DNA of 64,000 bases from Parcubacteria group bacterium LiPW_30 (GTDB lineage: Bacteria > Patescibacteriota > Minisyncoccia > Phycocordibacterales > VMEP01), in the NCBI GenBank assembly GCA_007375595.1, contig VMEP01000001.1, forward strand, positions 479,184 through 543,183. Reading direction: 5' to 3'. Shown here one piece after another: positions 25,652-35,988 of this stretch. Numbering within the stretch: the stretch's first letter is position 1; every line of letters starts with the position of its first letter. A model generated the notes under the pieces. That model saw only the letters and a list, made by a program, of their open reading frames with translations. It was not told the DNA's origin and did no database searches. Both the position numbers and the translations under genes were made by a program.

Positions 25652-26830
25652 ATGGTAGATTTTCTTTTTTATATACTGGTAATTATATTTGAATTTATAA
25701 ACAACTCCGCCAATTTTTGGTTGCCGGTAGTCCTTGTTTATGTTTTTTGGAAAGTTTGGATTGCGTATATTCAAGCTGATTGGATTTCTAAACTAAAATG
25801 GATACTTCTTGAAGTTAGATTACCAAAAGAGGTTTTCAAAACTCCAATGGCAATGGAGCTTGTTTTAAATGGGCTTCAACAACCTAGCTCGGGGAATAAA
25901 CTAGATCAGTATTGGAAGGGTCGTGTTCCAGACTGGTTTTCTTTCGAGATTGTTTCTGTTGAGGGATCTATTCGCGTATACATTAGATGTCTTTCAAAAT
26001 ACAAAAATATTATTGAAGCACATGTGTATTCGCAATATCCAGAGGCGATAATTAGTGAAGCCTCTGATTACACAGAAAACATGCCTTGGGATAATAAAAG
26101 CGAAATATCTCTTTGGGGTTCTGAATTTGCGCTTACCCAACCAGATCCATATCCAATAAAAACTTATGTTGATTATGGAATGGATAAGGGCTATGTAGAC
26201 GAAAAACAGCGTATTGAGACAATGGCTCCAACACTAGAGTTTCTCGGTTCTATGGGAAAGGGAGAACAAACGTGGATTCAGATTCTTGTTCGCGCAACGA
26301 GGGGGGAAGGTTGGAAAGCTGAAGGTAAAGAGTTGATAAAAAAGTTAATGCACAGAGACGATAAGGATGATGATAAGGCCGTAACAACAAGATTAACGAA
26401 AGGAGAAACCGATGTTATTAACGCTATCGAAAGAAGCATCTCAAAACCAGCCTTTGAAGTTGGTATTCGGGGATTATATTTTGCAGAAAAAGGTAAATTT
26501 AACCCTGCAAATATTACCGCGCTTTTAAGCACCTTTAAACAGTATTCATCACATAATATGAATGGGTTTAAACCGGGTTATGGACTTACTGTTCTTGATT
26601 ATCCATGGGATGACTTTAGAGATATTCGTAAAAAGACAATTTTGAAAAGTCTCTTTGATTCATATCGACTCAGAGCTTATTTTTATGAGCCATATAAGCG
26701 TAAACCATTTGTATTAAACGTTGAAGAGTTGGCCACTATATTCCATTTTCCAAGTGGAGTTGCTGAGACGCCAACTTTGGCAAGAGTTGATTCTAAGCGT
26801 TCAGAGCCACCAGCAAATTTACCGTTTTAA
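25652..26830 (+). CDS. Hypothetical membrane protein (392 aa)
   Basis: N-terminal TM helices and a large soluble domain with no motif. Confidence 0.45.
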   Translation: MVDFLFYILVIIFEFINNSANFWLPVVLVYVFWKVWIAYIQADWISKLKWILLEVRLPKEVFKTPMAMELVLNGLQQPSSGNKLDQYWKGRVPDWFSFEIVSVEGSIRVYIRCLSKYKNIIEAHVYSQYPEAIISEASDYTENMPWDNKSEISLWGSEFALTQPDPYPIKTYVDYGMDKGYVDEKQRIETMAPTLEFLGSMGKGEQTWIQILVRATRGEGWKAEGKELIKKLMHRDDKDDDKAVTTRLTKGETDVINAIERSISKPAFEVGIRGLYFAEKGKFNPANITALLSTFKQYSSHNMNGFKPGYGLTVLDYPWDDFRDIRKKTILKSLFDSYRLRAYFYEPYKRKPFVLNVEELATIFHFPSGVAETPTLARVDSKRSEPPANLPF

Positions 26831-26836
26831 TTTTTT

Positions 26837-27814
26837 ATGATTCCTTTTAAAAATTACGCTTTTTATTCATTGATATCTGGTAAGTGGTGGAGATGGATAG
26901 CCGTTGCTGTACTTTCGATTTTTGTGTTTTTGGGGGTGTATATAATTCCACCATATAATTTTCCTGCACAACATTCTATTGAGATAAAAGAAGGGCTTAC
27001 TCTTTCAGAAACGGCTGATCTTTTGAAAAATGAAAATGTAATTCGTTCACCATTTGTATTTAAGGCATTTGTCTACATTCTTGGTGGAGAACGTGGTGTG
27101 CAAGTTGGGGAATATTTTTTACCGAAACCAGCCAGTGTTGTTAGTTTGTCTTTTAGAATTATAAAAGGTGATTTTGGTTTTGAACCAGTGAAGATAACTT
27201 TTCCCGAAGGCTCGACAATAGCGGAGATGGCAAAAATTGCAGAAAAAAAACTCCCAAGATTTAATGCCGAGGAATTTATTAAATTGACGGAAGGTAAGGA
27301 GGGTTATCTCTTTCCAGATACTTATGTTTTTTACACAAACACAAAAACAGAAAATGTGGCAAATATGTTAGAAGAAAATTTTAAAGTAAAAACAGATACA
27401 CTGAAACGCTCAGCCGAAAAATTAGGCAAAGATTTTAGGGATATTATAATTATGGCTTCAATTATTGAAGAAGAGGCAAGGAAAGAGGAAGACAGAAAAA
27501 TGATTTCTGGGATTTTATGGAAAAGAATTAAGATCGGTATGGCACTACAAGTTGATGCACCTTTTATATATTCAATTGGTAGAAATACCTATGAATTAAC
27601 AAAAAGCGATTTGAGGGGTAATTCGCCATATAACACTTATCAAAATAGAGGTTTGCCGGTTGGACCAATTTCAAATCCAGGAATTTCTTCAATAACAGCA
27701 GCTCTTTATCCTACAGAATCGCCTTATCTTTTCTACCTTTCAGATAAAAATGGTACTGTCTATTACGGGAAGGATTTTGAGGAGCATAAAAGAAATCGGG
27801 AATTATATCTATAA
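26837..27814 (+). CDS. mltG: Endolytic murein transglycosylase MltG (YceG-like), paralog 2
   Basis: SPYNTYQNRGLPVGPISNPG...LFYL signature, with an N-terminal TM. Confidence 0.7.
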   Translation: MIPFKNYAFYSLISGKWWRWIAVAVLSIFVFLGVYIIPPYNFPAQHSIEIKEGLTLSETADLLKNENVIRSPFVFKAFVYILGGERGVQVGEYFLPKPASVVSLSFRIIKGDFGFEPVKITFPEGSTIAEMAKIAEKKLPRFNAEEFIKLTEGKEGYLFPDTYVFYTNTKTENVANMLEENFKVKTDTLKRSAEKLGKDFRDIIIMASIIEEEARKEEDRKMISGILWKRIKIGMALQVDAPFIYSIGRNTYELTKSDLRGNSPYNTYQNRGLPVGPISNPGISSITAALYPTESPYLFYLSDKNGTVYYGKDFEEHKRNRELYL

Positions 27815-27841
27815 AAACTGGAAAGCTAAATAATTTAAAGA

Positions 27842-28393
27842 ATGAAAAATCAAATACTGGCATTTATCGATTTAGAGACAACAGGGCTTTTGCCTAATAA
27901 ACACGAAATCATAGAAATTGGTTGTGTTTTAGCTCGACAAGAATTCTCAGAGAGCGGAGTTTTAACTTTGGAGTATATTGATGAGTTTGAATATAAGGTA
28001 AAACCAACGCATATTGAAACAGCTGATCCTGTCGGTCTTAGTATTAATGGCTACGACGAGAAAGATTGGATTTTTGCAATTGGTTTAAAAGAAGCGATTG
28101 AGGCCACAGCCGCAAGAGTTAAAAATACGATTATGGTTGGGCATAATGTTGCTTTTGATTTCGCTTTTTTGGAAAAAGCTTTTGAAGAAACCGGAATTCA
28201 AAACCCAATGCATTACCACAAGCTCGATACAATTTCTATTGCTTACGCCAAATTACATAACCATAAAGAAGTTGAAAAATTTTCCCTAAGGGCGCTTTGT
28301 GATTATTTAGGAATAGAAAATAAGCGTGCTCACTCAGCGTTATCTGATGCCCGTGCTACATATGAGATTTTTCAAAAGCTTGTAAATATGTAA
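27842..28393 (+). CDS. DEDDh 3'-5' exonuclease (DnaQ/epsilon-like)
   Basis: Exo I FIDLETTGL, Exo II VGHNVAFDFAFL and Exo III HSALSDARATYEIF. Confidence 0.7.
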   Translation: MKNQILAFIDLETTGLLPNKHEIIEIGCVLARQEFSESGVLTLEYIDEFEYKVKPTHIETADPVGLSINGYDEKDWIFAIGLKEAIEATAARVKNTIMVGHNVAFDFAFLEKAFEETGIQNPMHYHKLDTISIAYAKLHNHKEVEKFSLRALCDYLGIENKRAHSALSDARATYEIFQKLVNM

Positions 28394-28428
28394 CTTTACC
28401 ATCGGTTTTTCTCTGATAGGATAGCGTT

Positions 28429-29541
28429 ATGAAAAAGGAAAAGGTATTTATCGGGCTGTCTGGTGGAGTTGATTCATCTGTATCTGCAGCTTTACTTAAA
28501 AAAGACGGGTATGAAGTGGTAGGTGTTTTTATAAAGGTTTGGCAACCGGATTTTTTTGCCTGCACCTGGAAGGAAGACAGATTAGACGCTATGCGCGTTG
28601 CTGCCAAGCTTAACATTCCATTTTTAACATTAGACCTAGAAAAAGAATATAAAAAGGAAGTTATTGATTACATGATTTCTGAATACAAAAATGGTCGTAC
28701 TCCAAATCCAGATGTCATGTGTAATAAGCATGTTAAGTTTGGTGCATTTTTGGATTTTGCGTTAAAAAATGGAGCAGATTTTGTGGCCACAGGGCATTAT
28801 GCCAGAGTAGAGAGTAGAGAGTTGAAAGTTGAAAGTAAAAATAAAGGTAGTCAAGAGTACCAACTTTTAGCAGGTGTCGATAAAGAAAAAGACCAGTCAT
28901 ATTTTCTTTGGACAATAAAAAAAGGATTACTCCCTAAAATTTTATTTCCAGTGGGTGGTTATAAAAAAACAGAAGTCCGCGCGCTCGCAAAAAAATATAA
29001 TTTGATAACCTGGGAGAAGAAAGATAGTCAGGGTCTTTGTTTTGTCGGCAAATTAGATATCAAGGATTTTTTAAAGCATTACATAAAAGAAAAAAAGGGT
29101 AATTTATTGAATGAAAATGGCGAGATAATTGGCTACCATAGTGGGGCAATTTTTCTTACAGAAGGGGAGAGGCATAATTTTGTTGTAACAAAAAAGACAA
29201 ACTCAAAAGAAACACCGCCACAATATGTTGTTTCTAAAAACTTAAAAAATAACACAGTAACCGTTTCTCCTTTTCCTAAAAAAAGCCATGGCTTATCAAA
29301 GATTGTCAGGTTAAATGATTTCAACCTTATTGAATCGGATATTAAGATTGGTGAAAAACTTGATGCTCGAACAAGATATCGGGAAAAATTATCACCCTGC
29401 TCTTTGGTTGGTATAGATTTATCAAAAAAAACAGTAGAAATAAGGTTTAATAAAGAAAAACTTGTATCAACTGGGCAGTCTCTTGTTTTGTACAAAAAAG
29501 ATGTTTGTGTTGGTGGTGGTGTAATTGTTGAGAAGAATTAA
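28429..29541 (+). CDS. mnmA: tRNA-specific 2-thiouridylase MnmA
   Basis: PP-loop SGGVDSSV and conserved catalytic Cys context. Confidence 0.85.
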   Translation: MKKEKVFIGLSGGVDSSVSAALLKKDGYEVVGVFIKVWQPDFFACTWKEDRLDAMRVAAKLNIPFLTLDLEKEYKKEVIDYMISEYKNGRTPNPDVMCNKHVKFGAFLDFALKNGADFVATGHYARVESRELKVESKNKGSQEYQLLAGVDKEKDQSYFLWTIKKGLLPKILFPVGGYKKTEVRALAKKYNLITWEKKDSQGLCFVGKLDIKDFLKHYIKEKKGNLLNENGEIIGYHSGAIFLTEGERHNFVVTKKTNSKETPPQYVVSKNLKNNTVTVSPFPKKSHGLSKIVRLNDFNLIESDIKIGEKLDARTRYREKLSPCSLVGIDLSKKTVEIRFNKEKLVSTGQSLVLYKKDVCVGGGVIVEKN

Positions 29542-29645
29542 AAATACCCTCATTTTTTTAATTTTGCCGACGGTGTGTATATCCGAAATGTTTAAAGAGG
29601 TATCTTTTGCTATACTATATTTAAGTTAACTTTAAATTTAAATAT

Positions 29646-30137
29646 ATGATTTCAGACTTAGCCATTTTGGTCACCCCAGAAAACACCGAAACATTTGTTC
29701 GTCTTTTCCTTGCAATGTCCCTTGGTGCAATTCTTGGATTAGAGCGTGTTTTTGCGAAAAAGAGTGCCGGAATAAGAACATACGCCCTTGTTTCGATGGG
29801 TTCGGCTCTCTTCATCCTTTCTTCTGAGTATGTTGTAAAACAATATCTCTATACCGGCATTCAAGTTAATCCGCTTCAGGTTGCGTCAAACATTGTTGTG
29901 GGGGTGGGTTTTTTGGGGGCAGGAATAATTATCTTCAAAGATTCCAAGCTTACAGGATTAACCACGGCTGCTGGTTTGTGGGTTGTTTCAGCGATCGGAA
30001 TGGCTGTTGGTTTTGGGTATTATCTTGCAGCCTTTTTTACAACAATTTTTACTTTGGCAATTTTCACGCTACTTTGGTACGTTGAAGAAAAACTATTCAC
30101 TGCCTATAAAGGGATTGATGTTCCTGAAGAGCGTTAG
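29646..30137 (+). CDS. MgtC/SapB-family membrane protein
   Basis: LGLERVFAKKSAGIRTYALVSMGSALF is the MgtC family signature. Confidence 0.6.
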   Translation: MISDLAILVTPENTETFVRLFLAMSLGAILGLERVFAKKSAGIRTYALVSMGSALFILSSEYVVKQYLYTGIQVNPLQVASNIVVGVGFLGAGIIIFKDSKLTGLTTAAGLWVVSAIGMAVGFGYYLAAFFTTIFTLAIFTLLWYVEEKLFTAYKGIDVPEER

Positions 30138-30140
30138 TAT

Positions 30141-30563
30141 ATGTGGTTTTGGTACGCAATTTTCTCCGCAGTATTTGCTTCGCTTGTAGCTATTTTCGGA
30201 AAAATGGGTCTTAGGGGTATTGATACAACGCTTGCGACAACTGTTCGCGCTGTTATCATGGCGGGGTTTCTTCTTATAACGAGCCTTTCTCTTAAAAAAT
30301 TTAATGATTTTTCTTTTTCTAGTTTTACTGGGCGTGATTGGATTTTTATTATTTTATCTGCTGTTGCAGGTGCTCTTTCTTGGCTGTTTTATTTTTCTGC
30401 GTTGAAAGAAGGAAAGACAACGAGCGTCGCAACAATAGATAAGTTGAGCATTGTTTTTGTTATTATCTTTGCTGCTCTTTTTCTTGGAGAAGAACTTGGG
30501 GTTAAATCTTTGGCTGGTGCGTTCTTAATAGTTGCTGGAGCCCTCTTGATTGTATTACGGTAA
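30141..30563 (+). CDS. Small EamA-like (DMT superfamily) transporter
   Basis: Four TM helices, with an EamA-like pattern. Confidence 0.5.
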   Translation: MWFWYAIFSAVFASLVAIFGKMGLRGIDTTLATTVRAVIMAGFLLITSLSLKKFNDFSFSSFTGRDWIFIILSAVAGALSWLFYFSALKEGKTTSVATIDKLSIVFVIIFAALFLGEELGVKSLAGAFLIVAGALLIVLR

Positions 30564-30707
30564 AAATTAATAAGTTATACATAGCAGTTATAATAAATCT
30601 TCGTTGAATTAAAAATATAGAGTTGTTTTGCATATCCATTTTGTTAGTATGCCTGTGGGTATCTTTTCTTTTTTAAATAGGAGCATAAATGGTATATTTA
30701 TGAGTAT

Positions 30708-33700
30708 ATGAAAAAAATTTTCTTTTTCTTGTCGTTTCTTTTATTTTTAGTTTCATTCCAAGCACAGGCGCAAACACCAGTTACTGGTATTTCTGACGGT
30801 GGTGTGCCTAAGGATATTCAAATTATTATTGACAGAGATAGTAAGACTTGGACCACAGAGGAAAAAGAAAAGGTTACTGGTTATGTTATTTCAACAAATT
30901 CTCCTAGTGTCGGATCAACCGGTCCTTCTCTTCCCGGAACAGTTAATTGTTTTGATTACTATCATTTTGGGTCTGTTCAAGTTGACTTGTCTACGACACT
31001 TTCCCAAACTGTTCCTGGTGCGACAATCGGTTTTTCTGGGGAAATAAAAAACAATAATGTTTATCCAATTGTAGATGGGCAAGTTTATGTAAAAATATTT
31101 AAGGTAAAAAACGGTGATTTCAACCAAGAGAATGGTTCCGCTCTTGTTGACCAGTTTCCACTTGAAGAAATGTTTGTTATTCCGGCACTCGGTAGTAAAA
31201 AAATAACATTTTCTTGGAACGTTCCAGAAAATGCAGAAGGGGGAGAATATACCGCGGCTTTCTTTTTTCAGACTAGTAAGCGGTACAATCTTTTGGGTCT
31301 TTCTTTTACTGACGACGTGACAGGTAACCAAGTCCACTTTTCTGTGATAAGTGATGATGACAAAGGAACTGTCGCTTTGGATAAAAATACAGTAACTTTA
31401 AATAACCAAACACACCGTTTCGCTGCCTTCCCACTTCGTTTTGCTAAAGATGAAAACGTAAAAGTTGTTGTTCGGATTGTAAACCCAAGAAACGAAGCTG
31501 TTACGGTTCCTGTTGTGTGGAAATTGTATGCATGGGATAGTCTTCGCGAAGAAGCTCTTAGAGACACAAAAATAGAAGCTGTTCAATTAAAACCAAAGGA
31601 GATAAAGGAAATTTCATATACAGCTTTGCCAATTAAGGAAATTGTTTCCTATCTTGTAGTAGAAACCAGTGATCAAGCAAGTAAATCAATTCTTAATATT
31701 CGTTTTGCTCGCGATGGTATAGAAGAAACTAGAATAAATTTTCCAAGCATTGTTGCTTATCCACTGGAAAAAAATAAGGAGAATAATATTTTTTCATGCG
31801 TTCACTCAATTGGCGATGGTGTGGTTAAAGATAATAGTTTGACTTTAACGTTAAGGGACGAGAAAGAAAGGGTTATTCATACTTACACCTATGAAGGGGA
31901 TATAACAAGCGCAATGATGGGAATAAAGGACTCTTTTGTTCCATTAAAAAATTATACAACTTTCTCTCTCACTGCAAACCTTAAACATAAAGGTAAGACA
32001 GTTGAAGAAGTGAGGGTTGTTTATGATTGTCGTGATATTGATGTGAATTCTTGCCCAAAACCAATGAGTACTACGACAAAAGTTATAATTGTGGTGACTG
32101 TCTTGCTATTTATTTTTGCTTTTGGAAAAATTTTGAAAAATAAAGGGATAATACCATTAGCCGTTTATTTACTTATTGTTTTACCTGCTTTGTTTTTAGG
32201 AACACCCAATAGCGCAGAGGCAAAGAGCGTTTCAGTTACGCAAAGTTTGCCAATACTTGGTTTTTACGAAGGGTCTGCTAACCCTGGAGGTAATGGTATT
32301 GGCGGAATATCAACGACAGTGACATATAACGCGACCGTATCTCTTTTTGGGGCAGACCTTGTCGACGGATCCTCAATTCCTTCTGGTTCCACTGTCCGGG
32401 TGCAGTGGGCCCCAGGTAGCAGTAATACTTCATGGGTTGGTACTGGCGGGACATACGATTCTCCTTATGGGCGATGGGATTCTTCGGCTAAATCTTGTAC
32501 GACTTATAGTGATTGTTATGGGATTAACACTATTTACGGTAGTTTTTATCGGATTATATATCAAGGAGATATGGCTATTACCCCACCTTCATTTTCTATT
32601 TCTGGAAGTGGTCTTACTTGTGGGACTACTTTAGGTGGGGTTAGAACAAGTGGCCCATATAATGCTTTTATGTGCCAATATGTTCCATCGCCAACTTATT
32701 GCGCCACCGTGGTGAGCTACTCTCCTTTTTACGCCGATTGTGTGGTTACCGCTCTTTCTGGGGAGTCAATAACAATGAATGTTGCGTACCCTTCTGCAAG
32801 TGGAGCTATGAGAGCTGGGGAATTTGTAAGTTACGACAGCGGATCGACGGCCACATACTCTCGTTCCGGTGGCCTTAGTTTTAGTGTCCCAGCCCAAGCA
32901 ATCTCTTTTTCGTTTGTTGCCGCTCCTCCAAGTAGCCCACCAACAACACCAACTGTTACATATCAAAATCCAAGCCTTGTTAATACTCCCGTTGACTTTA
33001 CTGTTACTTCAACCGATGCTGACGGTGATAATATTAGGTATGGTTTTGATTGGGATCGAAATAATACGATTGACGAGTGGGTCCCTTCCGTTGGATATGT
33101 ATCGTCAGGTACATCGCAAACAGTTAGTCACACATGGAGTACAACTGGGTATAAATATTTTAACGCAAAAACTCAAGATATAAATAATAACTACTCAACC
33201 CAAGTTTTAAAAAGTATTAATATTGTATCTACTATAGTTAACGGTGTGTGTGGTCCAGCTAATGGTACTACAAGATTAACAACCGCTCCGACCTCTGGTC
33301 TTTGTGATGCTGGTACTTTGAGTTTTGTTATGGACGGGGGTACTTATTACAGATGGGATTGTCGCGGAACTAATGGAACAGATTCCGTTTGTTATGCTTA
33401 CAAAAATAAAACACCAACGGCTTCTATTTCTAGCCCTACTACAAACATTACAATAAATACTTCCCAATCACAGCAGTTTACAGGGACGGCTACTGACCTT
33501 GATGCCGATGGGACAATCGTGGCCTATGAATGGAGAACTGGTGGTTGTTCCTCCGGTACGCTACTTAGCTCTTTGGCAAGTTTTGTTCATCAATTTTCTG
33601 CCGGAACATACAGGGTTTATTTTAGGGGTAAAGATGATTCTGGTGTGTGGTCTACTAATTGTCCGAATCGCCTGATAACCGTGAACACTCCAGATCCAAT

Positions 33701-33992
33701 AAACGGAGTTTGCGGGTCTGCAAATGGGGCTGCATCTCAAAACAAACCAACATCGAATCTCTGTAATACAGTAGGATTACCAGGACCCGTTGTCTCGCCG
33801 GAAAATATTAGCGTCTTACCAGAAAGTGGTACTCCTTCTTCATGGACATGGACTTGTGCAGGAGAATACGGAGGAACGGATGTTTCGTGCAGTTCAAATA
33901 CATCTTGTGGTGATAATAAATGTCAGCGAACTAAAGGAGAAAGCCCTGCGACATGTAGAGCAGATTGCAAGGTTAAGTTTTTTGAGTTCTAG
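30708..33992 (+). CDS. Large cell-surface protein (1094 aa) with a signal peptide, a mid-protein TM segment and repeated Cys motifs
   Basis: N-terminal signal. Internal TM VIIVVTVLLFIFAFGKIL...LLIVLPALFLG. Two copies of NGVCG[PS]ANG...W.W.C.G, and PKD-like DADGD motifs. Confidence 0.6.
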   Translation: MKKIFFFLSFLLFLVSFQAQAQTPVTGISDGGVPKDIQIIIDRDSKTWTTEEKEKVTGYVISTNSPSVGSTGPSLPGTVNCFDYYHFGSVQVDLSTTLSQTVPGATIGFSGEIKNNNVYPIVDGQVYVKIFKVKNGDFNQENGSALVDQFPLEEMFVIPALGSKKITFSWNVPENAEGGEYTAAFFFQTSKRYNLLGLSFTDDVTGNQVHFSVISDDDKGTVALDKNTVTLNNQTHRFAAFPLRFAKDENVKVVVRIVNPRNEAVTVPVVWKLYAWDSLREEALRDTKIEAVQLKPKEIKEISYTALPIKEIVSYLVVETSDQASKSILNIRFARDGIEETRINFPSIVAYPLEKNKENNIFSCVHSIGDGVVKDNSLTLTLRDEKERVIHTYTYEGDITSAMMGIKDSFVPLKNYTTFSLTANLKHKGKTVEEVRVVYDCRDIDVNSCPKPMSTTTKVIIVVTVLLFIFAFGKILKNKGIIPLAVYLLIVLPALFLGTPNSAEAKSVSVTQSLPILGFYEGSANPGGNGIGGISTTVTYNATVSLFGADLVDGSSIPSGSTVRVQWAPGSSNTSWVGTGGTYDSPYGRWDSSAKSCTTYSDCYGINTIYGSFYRIIYQGDMAITPPSFSISGSGLTCGTTLGGVRTSGPYNAFMCQYVPSPTYCATVVSYSPFYADCVVTALSGESITMNVAYPSASGAMRAGEFVSYDSGSTATYSRSGGLSFSVPAQAISFSFVAAPPSSPPTTPTVTYQNPSLVNTPVDFTVTSTDADGDNIRYGFDWDRNNTIDEWVPSVGYVSSGTSQTVSHTWSTTGYKYFNAKTQDINNNYSTQVLKSINIVSTIVNGVCGPANGTTRLTTAPTSGLCDAGTLSFVMDGGTYYRWDCRGTNGTDSVCYAYKNKTPTASISSPTTNITINTSQSQQFTGTATDLDADGTIVAYEWRTGGCSSGTLLSSLASFVHQFSAGTYRVYFRGKDDSGVWSTNCPNRLITVNTPDPINGVCGSANGAASQNKPTSNLCNTVGLPGPVVSPENISVLPESGTPSSWTWTCAGEYGGTDVSCSSNTSCGDNKCQRTKGESPATCRADCKVKFFEF

Positions 33993-34099
33993 GAGTTCTT
34001 GGAGTTTTTGTTTTTTAAACGAGGTGAAAATGAGTAATTTAATCCTACTCTTCTTGTTATGTTTGCCCAGATAGTTTTAATTGTATTACAATAGAAAAA

Positions 34100-35956
34100 A
34101 TGAACGGGACTGAGATAAGAAAAAAATATCTGGAATATTTTAATTCGCGTGAACACGCGATTATTCCGTCCGCCCCAATTATTCCGGAAAATGACCCCAC
34201 AACCCTTTTTACGAGCTCTGGGATGCAACCACTTCTCCCGTATCTTTTGGGTTCTCCTCACCCAAAAGGGGCTCGTTTGGTTAATTCTCAGAAATGTTTT
34301 CGTGCCGAAGATATTGAGGAAATAGGAGATAATCGCCATACGACCTGTTTTGAAATGCTCGGCAATTGGTCTTTAGGTGACTACTTTAAAAAAGAACAAT
34401 TAAATTGGATTTTTGATTTTTTCACTAAAGAGGTCGGCCTTTCTCCTGAAAAATTATATGTAACAGTTTTTGCGGGAGAAGAAAAATATGGAATTCCAAA
34501 AGATAACGAAGCGGTTTTGATCTGGAAAGAACTTTTTAAAAAAGTTGGAATTGATGCTAAAGATATATTTATTGGTAGCGAAGAAGATGGCGGAAAGACT
34601 GGAATGCAAGGCGGAAGAATTTTTTATTACAACTCTAAAAAGAATTGGTGGAGTCGCTCTGGTGTCCCAGAAAATATGCCAGCAGGTGAGCCGGGTGGAC
34701 CAGATTCTGAGGTTTTTTATGATTTTGGAACACCACACGATAAAAGTTTTGGGGAGAATTGTCACCCTAATTGTGACTGCGGGCGTTTTATGGAGATAGG
34801 TAATTCCGTATTTATGGAATACGTAAAAGAAGCAGATGGAAGTTTTTCTACATTGCCTCAAAAAAATGTTGATTTTGGTGGTGGGCTGGAAAGAATTGCG
34901 GCAGCTAGCTTAGGTGGAGCTGATATTTTCGGGACAGATCTTTTTAAGCCTATTATTGAATCTATAGAAAAACTTTCTCAGAAAAAATATCAAGGCGGTT
35001 TAGTAAAAGATGACTCTGCTTTTAGAATTATTGCGGATCATATGAAGGGAGCTGTCTTTATGATGAGTGGTGGAATTTTGCCGGCAAATACTGAACAGGG
35101 CTACGTCTTAAGAAGGTTAATTAGACGCGCCGTTAGATACGCGGATCTACTCGGGCTAAAAGAAAACGAACTTCAAAAAACAGTTGATTCAATTTCTTTG
35201 ATTTATAAAGATGTTTATCCTGAAATTCAGGAGAAAATTGAATATATTCGTGAAGGAGTAAAAAACGAGGAAGTGAAGTTTAGAAAAACTCTTGAGGTTG
35301 GAATGCGTCAATTTGAAAAAATAAAAAGTGAAGGTATTAGCGGACACGAAGCTTTTCTTCTGTTTACTACCTACGGTTTTCCTATCGAGCTTACACTGGA
35401 GCTTGCAAAAGAAAAAGAACTTTCTGTTGATTTAGATGGGTTTAAGGCTGAGATGGAAAAGCATAAGATTTTGTCGAAATCACAATCAGATCAGAAATTT
35501 AAAGGTGGATTAGCTGATCACGGTGAAATGGCTGTTAAATATCACACTGCAACACATTTACTTCAAAAAGCACTTATAGAAATATTAGGTAATCATGTCG
35601 CGCAAAAGGGTAGTAATATAACGGGGGAACGACTTCGTTTTGATTTTTCGCATAACCAAAAAATGACCGATGAGGAAAAAAAGAAAGTTGAAGATTTAGT
35701 TAATCAAAAAATAAAAGAAGCACTTCCTGTGTCATATGAGGATATTCCACTTGTTGAGGCGGAAAAAAGAGGGGCAATAAGATTATTTGAAGAGAAGTAT
35801 GGTGACGTTGTTCGTGTTTATAAAGTTGGGGATTTTAGTCTTGAGTTTTGTGGAGGACCACATGTTAAAAATACGAGCGAGCTTGGTAATTTTAAAATAA
35901 CAAAAGAAGAAGCCGTTTCTTCTGGAGTGCGTAGAATTAAAGCGATTTTGACTTAA
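34100..35956 (+). CDS. alaS: Alanyl-tRNA synthetase, short form (catalytic, tRNA-recognition and editing domains; no C-Ala domain)
   Basis: Class II AlaRS N-terminus (FTSSGMQPL, FEMLGNWSLGDYFK) and the editing-domain HxxxH...CGGPHV motif. Only 618 aa. Confidence 0.8.
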   Translation: MNGTEIRKKYLEYFNSREHAIIPSAPIIPENDPTTLFTSSGMQPLLPYLLGSPHPKGARLVNSQKCFRAEDIEEIGDNRHTTCFEMLGNWSLGDYFKKEQLNWIFDFFTKEVGLSPEKLYVTVFAGEEKYGIPKDNEAVLIWKELFKKVGIDAKDIFIGSEEDGGKTGMQGGRIFYYNSKKNWWSRSGVPENMPAGEPGGPDSEVFYDFGTPHDKSFGENCHPNCDCGRFMEIGNSVFMEYVKEADGSFSTLPQKNVDFGGGLERIAAASLGGADIFGTDLFKPIIESIEKLSQKKYQGGLVKDDSAFRIIADHMKGAVFMMSGGILPANTEQGYVLRRLIRRAVRYADLLGLKENELQKTVDSISLIYKDVYPEIQEKIEYIREGVKNEEVKFRKTLEVGMRQFEKIKSEGISGHEAFLLFTTYGFPIELTLELAKEKELSVDLDGFKAEMEKHKILSKSQSDQKFKGGLADHGEMAVKYHTATHLLQKALIEILGNHVAQKGSNITGERLRFDFSHNQKMTDEEKKKVEDLVNQKIKEALPVSYEDIPLVEAEKRGAIRLFEEKYGDVVRVYKVGDFSLEFCGGPHVKNTSELGNFKITKEEAVSSGVRRIKAILT

Positions 35957-35988
35957 TGGTGTGATACAATTTTAGGAATAGAAAACTT

